This document shows positions 30,188-32,000 of a DNA stretch of 32,000 bases, in pieces. The stretch is taken from contig NZ_LN831039.1 in the NCBI RefSeq assembly GCF_001457595.1, positions 4,830,001-4,862,000 on the forward strand, given 5' to 3'. The first letter of the stretch is position 1. Every line of letters begins with the position of its first letter. The DNA is from Mycolicibacterium smegmatis. GTDB taxonomy: Bacteria > Actinomycetota > Actinomycetes > Mycobacteriales > Mycobacteriaceae. The position numbers and the translations under genes are program-made. Under the pieces are notes generated by a model that was given only the letters and a program-made list of their open reading frames with translations, made no database searches and was not told the DNA's origin.

Positions 30188-30291
30188 TGTTTGCTCCTCT
30201 AAGCCGGTCCGTGTCGTGGTGCCCTGCCGCACTACCCTAGATCAGCCGGCACCGTTCGATCGGTACCGCCCGACGAGAAGGGATCTTGTGC

Positions 30292-30765
30292 ATGCCGCCA
30301 ACACCCCGTCTACAGGCAGGTGACACCGCACCCGCGTTCAGTCTGCCGGATGCCGACGGCAACACTGTCAGTCTCTCCGATTACCGGGGCCGAAAGGTCA
30401 TCGTGTACTTCTACCCGGCGGCATCCACCCCGGGGTGCACCAAGCAGGCCTGCGACTTCCGCGACAACCTCGCCGAACTCAACGACGCGGGCCTCGACGT
30501 CGTCGGGATCTCCCCCGACAAGCCCGAGAAGTTGGCCAAGTTCCGCGACAAGGAGGGTCTGACCTTCCCGCTGCTGTCCGACCCCGACAGGTCGGTGCTG
30601 ACGGCCTGGGGGGCGTACGGAGAAAAGACCATGTACGGCAAGACCGTTCAGGGCGTCATCCGGTCCACGTTCCTGGTCGACGAGGACGGCAAGATCGCCG
30701 TCGCGCAGTACAACGTGCGCGCCACCGGCCACGTCGCCAAACTGCGCCGCGACCTGTCGGTCTGA
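30292..30765 (+). CDS. bcp: Thiol peroxidase, peroxiredoxin Bcp family
   Basis: MPPTPRLQAGDTAPAFSLPDADGNTVSLSDYRGRKVIVYFYPAASTPGCTKQACDFRD: peroxidatic Cys motif PGCTKQACDFRD. Confidence 0.93.
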   Translation: MPPTPRLQAGDTAPAFSLPDADGNTVSLSDYRGRKVIVYFYPAASTPGCTKQACDFRDNLAELNDAGLDVVGISPDKPEKLAKFRDKEGLTFPLLSDPDRSVLTAWGAYGEKTMYGKTVQGVIRSTFLVDEDGKIAVAQYNVRATGHVAKLRRDLSV

Positions 30766-30776
30766 CCGCGTGACCT

Positions 30777-31784
30777 TCAGGTCTGTGTGAACAGCAGGAA
30801 GGTCAGGTACGCCAGGTAGGCCACCACCATCGCGCCGCCCTCGGCGCGATGGACGCGGCGCCCCGAGAAGAAGACCGGGATCAGCAACAGGGTCGCGACG
30901 ACCATGACGGGGATGTCGATCCACACCAGGCTCGAGTTGAGCGGCAACCCGTCCGCAGGCACCAGGCACGTGGCGCCCAGGATCAGCACGATGTTGTAGA
31001 CGCTGCTGCCCAACAGGTTTCCGATCGCGATGTCGCGCTCGCCGCGCACCGTGGAGACGATCGTCGTCACCAGTTCGGGAGCCGACGTGCCGATCGCGAC
31101 GATCGTGAGCCCGATCAGCGCGTCGGAGACCCCGAATTCGCGTGCGATACCCACAGCCCCCTCGACGAGCCAATCGGCCCCGACGACCACGACGGTGATA
31201 CCGACGATCGTCATCGCGAAATACCGTACGAGGCTTCCCGTGTCGGGCATGTCGGGTTCACGCTCTGCGGCGCCGTCGTCGCCTGCCGGCTCACCTCGGT
31301 ACGCGTACGCGTACTCGTCGACGACGTCCCGGCTCTCGACCCGCGCCGAGCGCACCACCACCACGGTGTACGCGACCGCGGCACACAGCAGGATCACGCC
31401 GTCGACGCGCGACAGCGTCCCGTCGATGCACAGCACCCAGAACAGCACCGCTGCCACTGCCATCACGGGCAGATCGAGACGCAACGTGCGCCGCTGAATC
31501 GCCAAGGGCCGCAACAGTGCACTGAGCCCGAGGATGAACAGCAGGTTCACGGTGTTGGTGCCCGCGATGTTGCCGACCGCGAGCGCACCGCTACCCTCGG
31601 TGGCCGCCGTCACGCCCACGGCCAGTTCGGGCAGACTCGTCCCGATAGACACCACCGTCATACCGACGACGATGGGGCTGATACCCATTCGCGACGCCAT
31701 CTGGGCACCACCGCGAACCATCACCTCTGACCCGAACGCCAGGGCGAGCAGGCCCGCCACGAACCAGGCAGCGCTGCCCAGCAC
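30777..31784 (-). CDS. Sodium/calcium exchanger family (CaCA) membrane protein
   Basis: 335 aa with two internally homologous halves: GMTVVSIGTSLPELAVGVTAATEGSGALAVGNIAGTNTVNLLFILG and IGLTIVAIGTSAPELVTTIVSTVRGERDIAIGNLLGSSVYNIVLILG. Confidence 0.92.
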   Translation of the reverse strand: MLGSAAWFVAGLLALAFGSEVMVRGGAQMASRMGISPIVVGMTVVSIGTSLPELAVGVTAATEGSGALAVGNIAGTNTVNLLFILGLSALLRPLAIQRRTLRLDLPVMAVAAVLFWVLCIDGTLSRVDGVILLCAAVAYTVVVVRSARVESRDVVDEYAYAYRGEPAGDDGAAEREPDMPDTGSLVRYFAMTIVGITVVVVGADWLVEGAVGIAREFGVSDALIGLTIVAIGTSAPELVTTIVSTVRGERDIAIGNLLGSSVYNIVLILGATCLVPADGLPLNSSLVWIDIPVMVVATLLLIPVFFSGRRVHRAEGGAMVVAYLAYLTFLLFTQT

Positions 31785-31790
31785 GGTCCG

Positions 31791-32000
31791 TCAGCGGCCG
31801 AGCGCGTCGAGCAGCAACGCCTCCGCGGTCGCGGCCTTCTCGAACACCCCGAGGTGCAGGCTCTCGTTGATGCTGTGGGCTTGTGTGCCCGGATCTTCCA
31901 CACCGGTCACCAGGATCGTCGCGTCCGGGAACGCCGCGGCGAACTCCGCGATGAACGGGATCGACCCGCCCATCCCCATGTCCACGGGTTCGTGGCCCCA
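31791..32000 (-). CDS. C-terminal part of an M20-family dipeptidase, truncated by the right edge
   Basis: ...MGMGGSIPFIAEFAAAFPDATILVTGVEDPGTQAHSINESLHLGVFEKAATAEALLLDALGR*, typical M20 C-terminus. Frame is open at the window end. Confidence 0.82.
   Translation of the reverse strand, partial: WGHEPVDMGMGGSIPFIAEFAAAFPDATILVTGVEDPGTQAHSINESLHLGVFEKAATAEALLLDALGR

Overview
This high-GC window matches the mycobacterial lipooligosaccharide (LOS) / pyruvylated acyltrehalose type of locus, and is most probably from Mycobacterium smegmatis or a close relative. That assignment rests on recalled family and locus knowledge; no database search was run. From left to right it contains: the 3' ~95% of a Pks5/Mas-like iterative type I PKS; three PapA-like (condensation-domain) acyltransferases; a FadD-type fatty-acyl-AMP ligase; a GT2 glycosyltransferase; a reverse-strand block with a Gap-like small exporter, a PE-PPE/Chp-like serine hydrolase-transacylase with a long charged tail, a second GT2 enzyme and two tandem polysaccharide pyruvyl transferases; two SAM methyltransferases; a GT1 glycosyltransferase; and an MmpL transporter. 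The right flank is ordinary chromosomal backbone: SDR oxidoreductase, DUF899 protein, SRPBCC protein, LdtB/LppS L,D-transpeptidase, tRNA-Lys(CUU), a 56-aa ORF absent from the supplied track, a DUF3618-like protein, Bcp peroxiredoxin, a CaCA-family Na+/Ca2+ exchanger and the C-terminus of an M20-type dipeptidase. The strongest anomaly is the pyruvyl transferase pair. About 870 bp of flanking sequence is almost identical between the copies, enclosing an equal-length 121-bp core that is strongly diverged. The homogenised blocks also use different codons from the core. This suggests duplication followed by gene conversion or cassette replacement. The LOS pathway itself is largely described, so I do not claim a wholly new system.
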